Below are positions 53,659 through 64,000 of a stretch of DNA of 64,000 nucleotides, one piece after another. Below the pieces are notes generated by a model that worked only from the letters and a program-made list of their open reading frames with translations, was not told the DNA's origin and did not search any database. Origin of the DNA: a virus; IMG/VR virus record IMGVR_UViG_3300043823_000198, positions 1-64,000 of that record; one strand, written 5' to 3'. The translations under genes and the position numbers were made by a program. Each line of letters opens with the position of its first letter. Position 1 is the first letter of the stretch.

Positions 53659-56532
53659 ATGCCAGCACTATTAAAATCTGAATTACATAATTCCGTAGCC
53701 AAATTATTGTATACGGAGATTCAGAACAATACATCGAAATTTTATTATTTCTTGGGACAGACTTTACCGCCATCTGCGTGGCCAGATCCAACAAACCCAC
53801 CTGCTCCTGTTGATAGTGCTAATTATGAATTCAATACTCGTAATCAAATTATTACGATGAAGGAAATTAATTCTACTGATGTAACATATGTTATTCCTAG
53901 AGTAAACTGGACTTCTGGTACTATATACGATATGTATGATGATCAATATAGCACAGAAGTACAGGGTATTAATCTAATTTCTGGTGGATATGGTTACACA
54001 ACTGCCCCAACAGTAACAATTACTGGTGGTAATGGATCTGGAGCAACAGCAACAGCAACAGTTAGTAGCGGTCAGATTGTTGGGATAACTCTTACTGCAA
54101 GAGGTATTGGTTATACAGCAATTCCAACTGTTACTATTACTGGTGGCGGTGGTACTGGTGGCGTAGCGACTGCCGTTGTTACTATCGCTCCATCTGGCGC
54201 CCAACAAATTGAAGCTACAAATTCTGTTGTGTTAACAACAGACTTTAACGTATATAGATGTCTGGACAATTATAATAATTCAGCTTCTACATATCAACCT
54301 ATCGGCACTGTTGTAGATCCAGTTATCATGCCAGATGGTTATATGTGGAAATACTTGTATAGTATTCCTATCGCATTAAGAAATAAATTTCTAACTGATC
54401 AATATATGCCAGTTGTTAATGCGCTAACAGATCAATTCTTTGAAAATGGTCAGCTGCTTAATATCGGTATTCAATCTGGTGGTTCAGGATACACATATGC
54501 AACTGTCACATCAAATGGTGATGGATATCGTTCTTCTGACCCAGTTATTATTTCTAACACAACAATTACAAATCCTGGAACAGGATATACTGGTGGAGCA
54601 ACTCTAACTGCATCTCCACCGATTCCCAATGCTTCTGCATGGGTTGCTGGAAATCAAATCCTTCTTGGTCAATATGTAACATATGGTAATAATGAATATG
54701 TTGCTACCCAAACTGGTATTCTAGCAACACCTGCCCCGACGCATACAACTGGCATTGTTCAGAACGGTACTGCTGCTTTACAATATGTTGGATCAACAGT
54801 AACTGGTATTGTTAACGTAACAGCTGGTGCTGTTACAGGTATCACATTAAACGGTAGCCTTTATGACTTTAACATCACCAATGGTGGTTATGGTTATAAT
54901 GCTCCTCCTGTTGTTAACGTCGCTGATACAAATGATACTGGTGGTGAAGGATCTGATGGCGAACCTTCCGGAGAAGATTCTGATGATTGGGCGGGAACTG
55001 CTTTAATGAGCGGAACGTCTGTTTCTTCTATTCAAACTTCTAATCAGGGATATAACTATCGCACTGCCCCAGCAGTAACTTTCGGTAACCAATGGGCTGC
55101 TTCAACTGCAGTAACAGTTGGTTCTCAATATTATACGTCTAATAGACTTTATACTGTTCTTCAGTCTGGAACTACAGGAACAACTGCACCAACTGCTGTT
55201 TCTAATAGCATCCAAAGTATTGAGGTATCTTCTGGTGGTGCTGGATATATCTCTGCCACTGTTACTATTTCTGCTCCTGATATTGCTGGTTCAACGCAGG
55301 CAACTGCAACTGTTACTATTTCTGCAGGTGTAATTACTGCAATTAATATCACTAATCCAGGAAGTGGTTACGTAAATACTCCTACTGTTACAATCAATAA
55401 TACAGGCAATAATACGCTTGGTGCTATTGCTCAGGTTGGTAATATTCAGATTGGCTTTACTGATGGAACTGCTAAACTTACCTATGTTGGTTGGCCAGCA
55501 ACTGCAACTTCAATTCTAAAATACGGTTCAGGATATACTGCCGCTCCAACATTGACAATCAATGCAGTATCTGGTGGTACTGGCGCTTCAGCATATTTCG
55601 TTGTCGCTAAATCAGAAGCAAAGTTAATTCCAATTATTCAAAATGGTCAAATTACTGGAGTTAATATTTTAGATCCAGGAATTGGATACACATATTCAAA
55701 CCTAACAGTTACTGGTGATGGTTCTGGCGCAATTCTTCAGGCAAACTTAAGTCCTGGAGACTTAACTACACTTCAGGCAAATACTGAGTTGTTGACACCA
55801 GACGGACGTATCATGGCTTACCCAGTTATCTCTGGAGGTTATGGGTATGGTCCAAACCCAACAGTAACAATTACTGGCGACGGTACTGGTGCCGCTGCTC
55901 ATGCTATTGTTACTAATGGTGCTGTGACAAAGATTGTTGTTGATAATTATGGTCTTGGATATCGTTGGGCAAATATAACAATTTCCGGAACTGGTTATGG
56001 TGCAACTGCTCGTGCTATCATGGCTCCATTCGGTGGTCATGGTAAAGATCCAGTCACCAACTTATTTGCCAATACATTGATGTTTTTCACTGATATCTCT
56101 CAAGATCAAAATCAGGGATTTACTGTCAATAATGATTATCGTCAACTTGGTGTTATCGCCAATCCTAGAATTTTTGGAGCTTCAACTCTTTTAAATTCAG
56201 AAATTGCTTCAGCTTGTTATGTTGTTACTGGTGTCTTTAACACATCTCAGTTCCTACAAAATATGACTTTGACTGTTGGAACAAGTTCAGGTCCAAGATT
56301 TGTCGTAGTTTCGATTACATCGACTGGTATGTTGCTTCAGTCGCTTGATAATTATTATCCTAAAGTTGGGGATACTTTCTTAAATCCTGCTGGAAATACT
56401 TTTAGCGCAAGCGGTGTAACTCCACCAACAGTAGATAAATATTCTGGTAATATGTTCTTTATTGACAATAGAGAAGGGTTTACTCCTACTTCTAACCAAA
56501 CAGTTACGCTAAGAACTGTGCTTCAGTTCTAA
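53659..56532 (+). CDS. gp8: Baseplate wedge gp8-like with large repetitive insertions
   Basis: [43 protein letters not shown]...IDNR. Confidence 0.8.
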   Translation: MPALLKSELHNSVAKLLYTEIQNNTSKFYYFLGQTLPPSAWPDPTNPPAPVDSANYEFNTRNQIITMKEINSTDVTYVIPRVNWTSGTIYDMYDDQYSTEVQGINLISGGYGYTTAPTVTITGGNGSGATATATVSSGQIVGITLTARGIGYTAIPTVTITGGGGTGGVATAVVTIAPSGAQQIEATNSVVLTTDFNVYRCLDNYNNSASTYQPIGTVVDPVIMPDGYMWKYLYSIPIALRNKFLTDQYMPVVNALTDQFFENGQLLNIGIQSGGSGYTYATVTSNGDGYRSSDPVIISNTTITNPGTGYTGGATLTASPPIPNASAWVAGNQILLGQYVTYGNNEYVATQTGILATPAPTHTTGIVQNGTAALQYVGSTVTGIVNVTAGAVTGITLNGSLYDFNITNGGYGYNAPPVVNVADTNDTGGEGSDGEPSGEDSDDWAGTALMSGTSVSSIQTSNQGYNYRTAPAVTFGNQWAASTAVTVGSQYYTSNRLYTVLQSGTTGTTAPTAVSNSIQSIEVSSGGAGYISATVTISAPDIAGSTQATATVTISAGVITAINITNPGSGYVNTPTVTINNTGNNTLGAIAQVGNIQIGFTDGTAKLTYVGWPATATSILKYGSGYTAAPTLTINAVSGGTGASAYFVVAKSEAKLIPIIQNGQITGVNILDPGIGYTYSNLTVTGDGSGAILQANLSPGDLTTLQANTELLTPDGRIMAYPVISGGYGYGPNPTVTITGDGTGAAAHAIVTNGAVTKIVVDNYGLGYRWANITISGTGYGATARAIMAPFGGHGKDPVTNLFANTLMFFTDISQDQNQGFTVNNDYRQLGVIANPRIFGASTLLNSEIASACYVVTGVFNTSQFLQNMTLTVGTSSGPRFVVVSITSTGMLLQSLDNYYPKVGDTFLNPAGNTFSASGVTPPTVDKYSGNMFFIDNREGFTPTSNQTVTLRTVLQF

Positions 56533-56556
56533 CAATAGATACCTTAAAGAGTAAAA

Positions 56557-59500
56557 ATGACAATAGATTTTAATACCCAACCGTATAACGACGACTATAA
56601 CGAAGACAACAGATATTATAGAATTCTCTATAAGCCATCGTATGCGGTTCAGGCTAGAGAACTAACTCAAATGCAGTCTATTCTTCAGAATCAGATTAAG
56701 CGTTTTGGGGATAATGTATTTAAACAAGGTGCGATGGTTATTCCTGGACAGGTTTCTGTTCAGACAATAACGCAACCAAATTCTGGTATCAATTACGTTA
56801 AACTACAATCATTAAACTCTAATGGTATTGCAGTTGAAACATTCCTATCATCATTAGTTGGTAAAACTATTGTTGGTCAAACTACAGGTGTTACTGCGCA
56901 AGTAACACAAGTCGCTCATGCTTCTGGTTCAGATCCATCTACAATTTATGTAAATTATACTGCATCTGGAACTAATAATAGCACAAGTATTTTTGCTGAT
57001 GGTGAAATTATCTCAACATCAGATTCTCTTTACACATTTAACGCATATGGAACCAGTGGTTCTGGATTAACAACTGCAACTGGTCTTGGTTCTGGTGCAA
57101 GTATTCAAAGGGGTGTTTATTACTTCAATGGCTACTTCTGTTTAGTTGAAGCTCAATCAATAATTCTTGACAAGTATGATAATACTCCTTCTAAAAAGAT
57201 TGGTTTAATTTGGAGTGAATCAATTGTTGATTCTAGCGAAGACGCTTCTTTGTTGGATAACGCCCAGAACTCATATAACTACGCAGCTCCAGGAGCTGAT
57301 CGTTATTTTATTGAACTTACTCTTGTTAGTTATAATTTAACTGATACAACTGACCCGTCATTTGTTGAGTTAATTCGTGTCACAAATGGTGCAATTTTTA
57401 CTTTAACAAATACCACTTCTTATAATGACCCTGCAGCGGCAATTGCTCAAGCGATCTATGATACAGAAGGTAACTATACTGTTAATCCATTTTTGCTTGA
57501 CATTCGCGAGGACAGAACAAACAATCGTGGAACTTGGGCTTCTAACACAGCGTATTTGATTGACGATATTGTAACTTACAATGGTAATACGTATGTTGCT
57601 CAAAATAGTGGAACATCAGTTTCAACTCCACCGACACAAACTAACGGAACTGCCTACGACGGTCCATCTAATACTGGTATCAACTGGTTATATAATGCAA
57701 ATCCTGCATATAACAACGGTATCAATGTTGGTGGCAGCGTAAACAATTTGGCTGTTGGTCTAGAGGCTGGTACAGCATTTGTTCAAGGTTATGAATTTAC
57801 TAAACTTGGAACAACATATCTAACAGTTCCAAAACCAAGAACAACAGTTCAATTAACAAATTTTGTTATTCCTGGCCCAGATGATGTTGGTAACTATGTG
57901 TTAGTTTCTAATCTTCATGGTCTTCCACCAATCAACGATGGTACGCATGCTCCTTATCAAACAATAAATTTGTATGATACAATTACTGGTGCGGCTCCAG
58001 GGTCTGCTCCTTCTGGTGGAACTTTGGTTGGTACTGCTCGTGTTCGTTATATTGAATTCCACAGCGGAGATGATCCTTTTGATTCAAGTACAGTATATAA
58101 ACTTGGATTATTCAACGTTCAGATGCTCCCTGGATATACATTCAATCAGAATGTTAAGTCTTTCTACTATGGAACATTTAGCTCTGATATCTCTCCAGTA
58201 ATAACACAACAAACTGGTTCAGCTACAACATCAGGAACTTCAGTTACTGGCTACGGAACATCTTTCCAAACAAACTTTGTTGTTGGCGATCTAATTGTTT
58301 TTAATATCGGTTCTTCTCAAGAATTTGGTAAAATTACTGCCATTAACAGTCAGACTTCTATTACTCTTGCAGCAGCATTAACGACTGCAGAATCAAGTCA
58401 AGTATCTATTGGACGTTGTACTACACAGATTCTTGAACCAAACAGTAATTCCCTAATATTCCCTCTTCCAAATTATGCCATTAATTCAGTAAGAACATCA
58501 ACAGGAACAATTAATGCAAATTATACTGTATATGAACAGTATACAGCAAATGCATCTGGAACTTCTGTAACATTTACAACTTCAAATGGAACATTTGAAT
58601 CATATGCTGGTGTTTCTAATTATGTGTTTTGTAATATTACCACTGGTGTAGTTTTTACCCCAGCTGCGAGTCAGGTTTCTATTTCTGGAACAAGTTTAAC
58701 TGTTTCTAGTTTGACATCTGGACAGGCTGTTTCCGGAAACGTAATAAGTGTTATTGCTGGAGTTACTCGTTCAGGAACTGGTAACGAGAAAACCAAAACT
58801 CTTGTTACAACAACAGTTGTAATTAACTCGCAAGCGCAGGCTCAGGGTAATATTGTTACTCTTCCAAATGCTGACTTGTTTAAAGTAATAAGCATTAGAC
58901 AAGCAGATGGACAGGCATGGGGTTCTACACCAACATCATCTCAGTGGGTTACAGATATTTCTGAAAATTATACTGTTAATAATGGTCAAACAAATGAGTA
59001 CTATGGATTGGCATCATTAGTATTGAACCCTTCATATAACGTACCAACTGCCCCTATTCAAGTAACATACCAATATTTTACTCATGGTCAGGGTGACTAC
59101 TTTACTGTTAACTCATATAACAGTATTGCTTATACAGATATTCCACCAACCCTAAGAGATTCTCTAGATTTTAGACCACGTGTAGCTGACTATTCAGCAG
59201 GAACAGCACCAAACTTTAGTAGTTCTGGTTCTTCTTTTACAACTACACCGAAACGTGGTGTTTACTTTACCGCTGACTACAGTTATTATCTTGGTAGAAC
59301 TGATGCTATTGTTATAGACATTAATGGTAATTTCAGCGATATACAAGGTGTTGCTTCCCTTCAACCAGCAGCCCCATCTATCCCAACAAATTCAATGGGA
59401 TTATACTCATTGAGTTTGGAACCATATGTATTTGGAACAAGTTCAAGTAGTATTGTTCCAACGACTATATCATCTAGAAGATATACAATGTCTGATATTG

Positions 59501-62500
59501 CTAAATTGGATACTCGTATCTCCAATTTAGAATATTACACATCATTGTCAATGCTTGAACAATCAACACAATCTCTTACAACTACAGACAGTACTGGTCT
59601 GAACAGATTTAAAAATGGTTTCGCTGTTGATAATTTTTCTGGTCAAAATGGTCTCGGTAACCCAACTGATCCAGATTACCTATGTTCAATTGATTCACAG
59701 AACGGAATTCTACGTCCATTCTACTCAATGGACAACGTAAACCTTATTGAATTAAATTCAAATACAGCACAAAGAACTGCTTCTAATTATCAGGTTACTG
59801 GTGATATTATTACATTACCATATACAACTGCTCCTTTTATCACACAGAGCGTTGCATCTGAATTAGAAAATATCAACCCATTTGCTGTGTATACATTCTT
59901 GGGTTCTGTTAATCTAAATCCACCATCAGATGATTGGTTTGAAACAACTTCTTTACCAGACATTGTTAACAATGTAATGGGTAATTACAACTCAATTCTT
60001 GCAGCTTTCCAGGCAGCAAATATTGTTGGCGCTAACGGAGTTGGTACTGTTTGGAACGCATGGCAAACTATTTGGAGTGGCGCATCAACTATCACTGGTG
60101 TTAATGTAACATCTGGTAATACCATTTACTCTGCATATTCTCAATTAACTACTGGTATTCTTAACGGAACTATCACAAACGGAAGTAATTTCAGTGCCAA
60201 TCCTGGTGTTACAAGCACAGCTCAACATGGTTGGAGTATCGATGCTGGACAATATACTGCAAATGTAACTACAGCTACTCAGGTTGGACAAACTAGAACT
60301 GGTGTTGCATATAGTGTGCAGAGCGAAACTGATTATCAAACAGTTGGAACAAGCGTAGTTTCAACTGCTGTTATTCCTTATATCCGTTCAAGAAATGTTT
60401 TGGTTCAGGTTAAGGGATTAAAACCGCTGACACAAGTTTATCCATATTTTGATAGTGTTTCTGTTGCTTCTTACTGCACACCTTCTGTTAAGATGGTTTA
60501 TACACTATCATCAGGATCATTTGATTGTACTACAAATGCTGGAGCTCAGGCTTCTGCTTCAGCAAGACAAATTGCTGGTGATTCTCAGGTATGTTTAAAT
60601 ATTGGTGATGTTATAACAGGTACTGTTTCTGGTGCAACTGCTGTTGTAATTAATAAGTATACTGATTATTCAACAAGCGCATTATATCTAGAACTTGCAA
60701 ATGTAATTGGAACATTCAACGCCAACGAAACTATTACTGGTTCTATCAGTAGCGCAGTTGGTGCCGTAGTTTCTGTTACTATTCCAAGTAATAATAATCT
60801 AGTAACAAATAAACTCGGTGAATTAAACTTCTTATTTGATATTCCAAATAATTCATCATTACAGTTTAGAACTGGAACTCGCACGTTTACTCTATTAGAT
60901 ACTAATACGTTTACTGGTGATTATACAACAAAAGCATCTGGTACATATGAAGCCACTGGTATTCTAAACACAACACAAACTACTATTAATGCTGTTCAAA
61001 ATGCTAATGTAGTTCAGGAACAGGTTACTGATAATCAAACTGTCTATCAAACAAGCACTAATACTATAACAGCAAATGGTTGGTATGACCCTCTTGCAGA
61101 GTCTTTTTATGTGTCTTCAACTGGTGGAGCTTTCCTAACATCAATTGATATTTACTTTGCTTCTAAAGATTCAAATGTTCCTGTAACATTACAAATTAGA
61201 AACATGGTAAATGGAAATCCTGGTTCTTTAATTCTTCCATTCTCTGAAGTAACATTGACACCTGATCAGGTTAATATTTCTTCTAACGATGTTGTAATTG
61301 CAGATGGTTCGTCATGGCCAACATTTGATACACCTACTACATTTACTTTTGAAACACCAGTATATGTTCAAGATCAAACTGAATATTGTTTCGTTTTAAA
61401 ATCTGATTCTAATGGATATAATGTTTGGGTTTCAAACATGGGAGATTTAATCCCAGGAACTGATACATATGTAACTGAACAACCATATGCAGGTGTTATG
61501 TTCTTGTCTCAGAATGCGTCAACATGGACACCAGATCAAAATCGAGATATTAAATTTACTATTAATCGTGCAGTATTTAACACTAGCGTTGTTGGTAACG
61601 TTGAATTTACTAATGATATTATTCCTTTAGACGTTTTAGAAAACAATCCTTTCCAAACTAATGTTGGTTCAACTACTGTTCGTATATGGCATCCTGCGCA
61701 TAATATGCCAGCGAACTCAACAGTTAAGATTGATGGGTTTAATGCTGCCAATAATATTACTGGAACAATTACAACTTCTTCTACATCATCAACTGTTACA
61801 GGAACAGGAACTGCATTTAGTACTCAACTTGTAGTTGGTTCATGTTTATATGATGATAACATGAATCTAATTGGTCAGGTTGCTTCTATTTCATCTAACA
61901 CATCTTTGACATTGACTGCAAATGCAACAGAAGCATTAACTGGTTATCAACCAAATTATATTAATCCGATCAGCGGAATTCCTGCCTCTCAGATAATCGG
62001 GACACATATAATTTCTAATGTATTATTCGATGCTTACACAATTACTGTTTCAACTGCAGCTACTGTTGCTGGTTATCAGGGTGGCGCTGGCTGGAGAGCT
62101 TCCAAGAATGTACAGTTTGATGTTCTCAATCCAACAATTCAAATGCAAACATTCCCACAATGTACTACTAGCTTCTCAGCTAAGACTACTAGTGGCCAAT
62201 CTATCAATGGTTCTGAGACACCATATATTACAAGCAGCACATTTAACCCATGCATAATTGGTAACAATAATAGTTACTATTCTCCACAGATGATCGCTTC
62301 TTCTGTTAATGAAGCAGCGAATCTAAGTGGTAACAAGTCCTTGACATTCTCTGCCACAATGCAGACTAGCATTGATACTGTTTCTCCAGTAATCGATACT
62401 ACTCGTGCAAGTTTAATCTGTATCAATAATGCGATTAACAAACCAACAGAGTCTAACACTGACTTGGCTGCTCTTGATGTTATCTCTGTATTCAGTGGAT

Positions 62501-63144
62501 CTACTGGTGCATTTAACCTAAGTGGTTCTACTATTACATCTACTAACTACGCTGTTCGCGCAGCAATGGCAACCATTACTCCAGGCAGCTATATAACTAT
62601 ATCAAGCGCAACAAATGCTGGTAATGATATTACTGTAATGGTAACTGGTTATTCTGATACCAACCCAGGAATCTTTACTTCTGGCTCCACTGGAACTGGT
62701 ACTCTAACAGTGAATGGTTCATTCATTAGCGAGTCTACTTCTCCAGCAACAGTTTCTCTGCGTCAATTGTTTGTTGATGAAACTGGACCAAGTGGTAGCT
62801 CATCAATTAGTAAGTATGTGACACAACCAATTAAATTGGCAGCAGCTTCTACATACACTAAGGTTATGTTCTCTGCAAATATTCCTATTGCAGCTAACGT
62901 ACTGGTATATTATAAGACTTGCGTTGGAGACTCTTCTCAGTTGGCAACAACTGATTATGTGTTAATGACACCAGATTCTAATATTCCATACAAACAAGTC
63001 GGAGATCTATCGTTTAGTGATATTACTTACACTGTATCAAATGGTGTTCCATATGATACAATTACCATTAAACTTGTTATGAATTCAACTTCTAGTTCTC
63101 AAATTCCGTTAATTAAGGATTTCAGGGTAATTTCTTGTGCATAA
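56557..63144 (+). CDS. Large virion structural protein (VrlC / DUF4815-like)
   Basis: PY.DDY...YYRIL.KP..AVQARELTQ.QSILQNQ, APGADR, RFKNGF.VDNF, DPLAESF, SQNASTW, P.IKD.R.I. Confidence 0.8.
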   Translation: MTIDFNTQPYNDDYNEDNRYYRILYKPSYAVQARELTQMQSILQNQIKRFGDNVFKQGAMVIPGQVSVQTITQPNSGINYVKLQSLNSNGIAVETFLSSLVGKTIVGQTTGVTAQVTQVAHASGSDPSTIYVNYTASGTNNSTSIFADGEIISTSDSLYTFNAYGTSGSGLTTATGLGSGASIQRGVYYFNGYFCLVEAQSIILDKYDNTPSKKIGLIWSESIVDSSEDASLLDNAQNSYNYAAPGADRYFIELTLVSYNLTDTTDPSFVELIRVTNGAIFTLTNTTSYNDPAAAIAQAIYDTEGNYTVNPFLLDIREDRTNNRGTWASNTAYLIDDIVTYNGNTYVAQNSGTSVSTPPTQTNGTAYDGPSNTGINWLYNANPAYNNGINVGGSVNNLAVGLEAGTAFVQGYEFTKLGTTYLTVPKPRTTVQLTNFVIPGPDDVGNYVLVSNLHGLPPINDGTHAPYQTINLYDTITGAAPGSAPSGGTLVGTARVRYIEFHSGDDPFDSSTVYKLGLFNVQMLPGYTFNQNVKSFYYGTFSSDISPVITQQTGSATTSGTSVTGYGTSFQTNFVVGDLIVFNIGSSQEFGKITAINSQTSITLAAALTTAESSQVSIGRCTTQILEPNSNSLIFPLPNYAINSVRTSTGTINANYTVYEQYTANASGTSVTFTTSNGTFESYAGVSNYVFCNITTGVVFTPAASQVSISGTSLTVSSLTSGQAVSGNVISVIAGVTRSGTGNEKTKTLVTTTVVINSQAQAQGNIVTLPNADLFKVISIRQADGQAWGSTPTSSQWVTDISENYTVNNGQTNEYYGLASLVLNPSYNVPTAPIQVTYQYFTHGQGDYFTVNSYNSIAYTDIPPTLRDSLDFRPRVADYSAGTAPNFSSSGSSFTTTPKRGVYFTADYSYYLGRTDAIVIDINGNFSDIQGVASLQPAAPSIPTNSMGLYSLSLEPYVFGTSSSSIVPTTISSRRYTMSDIAKLDTRISNLEYYTSLSMLEQSTQSLTTTDSTGLNRFKNGFAVDNFSGQNGLGNPTDPDYLCSIDSQNGILRPFYSMDNVNLIELNSNTAQRTASNYQVTGDIITLPYTTAPFITQSVASELENINPFAVYTFLGSVNLNPPSDDWFETTSLPDIVNNVMGNYNSILAAFQAANIVGANGVGTVWNAWQTIWSGASTITGVNVTSGNTIYSAYSQLTTGILNGTITNGSNFSANPGVTSTAQHGWSIDAGQYTANVTTATQVGQTRTGVAYSVQSETDYQTVGTSVVSTAVIPYIRSRNVLVQVKGLKPLTQVYPYFDSVSVASYCTPSVKMVYTLSSGSFDCTTNAGAQASASARQIAGDSQVCLNIGDVITGTVSGATAVVINKYTDYSTSALYLELANVIGTFNANETITGSISSAVGAVVSVTIPSNNNLVTNKLGELNFLFDIPNNSSLQFRTGTRTFTLLDTNTFTGDYTTKASGTYEATGILNTTQTTINAVQNANVVQEQVTDNQTVYQTSTNTITANGWYDPLAESFYVSSTGGAFLTSIDIYFASKDSNVPVTLQIRNMVNGNPGSLILPFSEVTLTPDQVNISSNDVVIADGSSWPTFDTPTTFTFETPVYVQDQTEYCFVLKSDSNGYNVWVSNMGDLIPGTDTYVTEQPYAGVMFLSQNASTWTPDQNRDIKFTINRAVFNTSVVGNVEFTNDIIPLDVLENNPFQTNVGSTTVRIWHPAHNMPANSTVKIDGFNAANNITGTITTSSTSSTVTGTGTAFSTQLVVGSCLYDDNMNLIGQVASISSNTSLTLTANATEALTGYQPNYINPISGIPASQIIGTHIISNVLFDAYTITVSTAATVAGYQGGAGWRASKNVQFDVLNPTIQMQTFPQCTTSFSAKTTSGQSINGSETPYITSSTFNPCIIGNNNSYYSPQMIASSVNEAANLSGNKSLTFSATMQTSIDTVSPVIDTTRASLICINNAINKPTESNTDLAALDVISVFSGSTGAFNLSGSTITSTNYAVRAAMATITPGSYITISSATNAGNDITVMVTGYSDTNPGIFTSGSTGTGTLTVNGSFISESTSPATVSLRQLFVDETGPSGSSSISKYVTQPIKLAAASTYTKVMFSANIPIAANVLVYYKTCVGDSSQLATTDYVLMTPDSNIPYKQVGDLSFSDITYTVSNGVPYDTITIKLVMNSTSSSQIPLIKDFRVISCA

Positions 63145-63376
63145 TAGATACTTGAAAGTCAGAGGATATGAGGGTCTTGTTAGAGACACCTCCTCTGGTG
63201 CTATTATAAATACAAATACAGCTGAACTGCAGAATTATTTACGCCAAAGAGAGTTGGCGGAACAAAAAGATCTTCAAATTTCTAAACAATCTGAAGACAT
63301 AAATAATATGAAAGAAGAAATTCAGGAAATAAAATCGTTGATTTATCAACTATTGGACACTAAGGGTAACAAATGA
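63137..63376 (+). CDS. Small coiled-coil protein following the VrlC-like gene
   Basis: LVRD..SGAIINT...EIKSL. Confidence 0.75.
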   Translation: MHNRYLKVRGYEGLVRDTSSGAIINTNTAELQNYLRQRELAEQKDLQISKQSEDINNMKEEIQEIKSLIYQLLDTKGNK

Positions 63377-64000
63377 CAACATATACAGTAGGTGCACCAA
63401 CTCTGGTTTTAAGAGCTTCCAAAGGAAGTCCACTATTAAACTCAGAAGTTGATGCTAACTTTACCAATTTAAGTAATGCGGTACAAACATCTCTATTGGC
63501 AAGCACTTATACTGCTGCAGATGTTCTTTCTAAATTAAACTCTGTCACTGCATATAACCAATCTTCTGGTTTAAATGCTGACACTTTAACTTGGAATGGT
63601 GGCAATAGAGCTGCAAGTAGCGCCAATACAGCAAATACAATTGTTGCAAGAGATGGTAATGGAGCATTTACTGCCACTACTATTAACGCAACTACATTCA
63701 ATGGAACATTCTCTGGAACTGCTGCAATTACTTCTGGTTCTATCGCTTTAAGTACTGCCTTGGCAATTACTTCTGGTGGTACTGGAGCTACTTCTGCTTC
63801 TGCCGCAAGAACTAACCTTGGATTGGCGATTGGTTCAAACGTAGAAGCATGGAGCGCTAACTTAGATGCGCTTTCTGGAGTTTCTTCTTCTGCAAACGTA
63901 CTTCCATATTTTACTGGTGTGGGAACTGCATCTGTTACATCGTTCCCATCATACGCTCAATCTCTTGTAGGGTCTAGTTCTGCATCAGCTGCTCAGTCTA
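63373..64000 (+). CDS. Tail fibre protein, runs off the window end
   Basis: MTTYTVGAPTLVLRASKGSPLLNSEVDANFTNL..., GGTGATSASAARTNLGL motif. Confidence 0.8.
   Translation, partial: MTTYTVGAPTLVLRASKGSPLLNSEVDANFTNLSNAVQTSLLASTYTAADVLSKLNSVTAYNQSSGLNADTLTWNGGNRAASSANTANTIVARDGNGAFTATTINATTFNGTFSGTAAITSGSIALSTALAITSGGTGATSASAARTNLGLAIGSNVEAWSANLDALSGVSSSANVLPYFTGVGTASVTSFPSYAQSLVGSSSASAAQS

Noticed and set aside
1-64000. Alternative genetic code or stop-codon reassignment
   Set aside because: Long conserved genes are intact in the standard code, coding density is high and no suppressor tRNA was seen

Overview
A 64-kb segment of an AT-rich T4-like myophage genome. The host is probably a freshwater Gram-negative bacterium, possibly a betaproteobacterium (inferred from the tmRNA tag, an outer-membrane beta-barrel gene and an IHF-consensus site). 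From left to right: (1) 1-3.3 kb, the end of a tRNA array (8 tRNAs) interleaved with accessory genes. (2) 3.4-7.2 kb, six tandem 2OG-Fe(II)/cupin oxygenases, of eleven in the window. (3) 8-18.5 kb, a hyperplastic early region of small ORFs built from a repeated palindrome + sigma70 promoter + leader cassette; it includes gp88-like, HNH, AAA ATPase and Acb1/57B-like genes. (4) 18.5-31 kb, nucleotide-metabolism and auxiliary genes, PhoH, a GH19 endolysin, and a compact CmoB/CmoA-like methyltransferase, (R)-amine-transaminase-like, hydrolase and oxygenase cluster. (5) 31-37.4 kb, a circularly permuted tmRNA, outer-membrane barrel, GroES, SleB, ClpP, gp33, gp59 and gp32. (6) 37.4-64 kb, T4-type late structural genes. 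Strongest leads: the fixed-geometry AATAACCCT-N9-AGGGTTATT promoter cassettes, a candidate -1 frameshift joining gp26 to gp51 upstream of the tape-measure-like gene, the permuted tmRNA with ClpP/GroES, and the putative modification cluster at 26.5-31 kb. All calls come from reading motifs by eye; no database searches were run.
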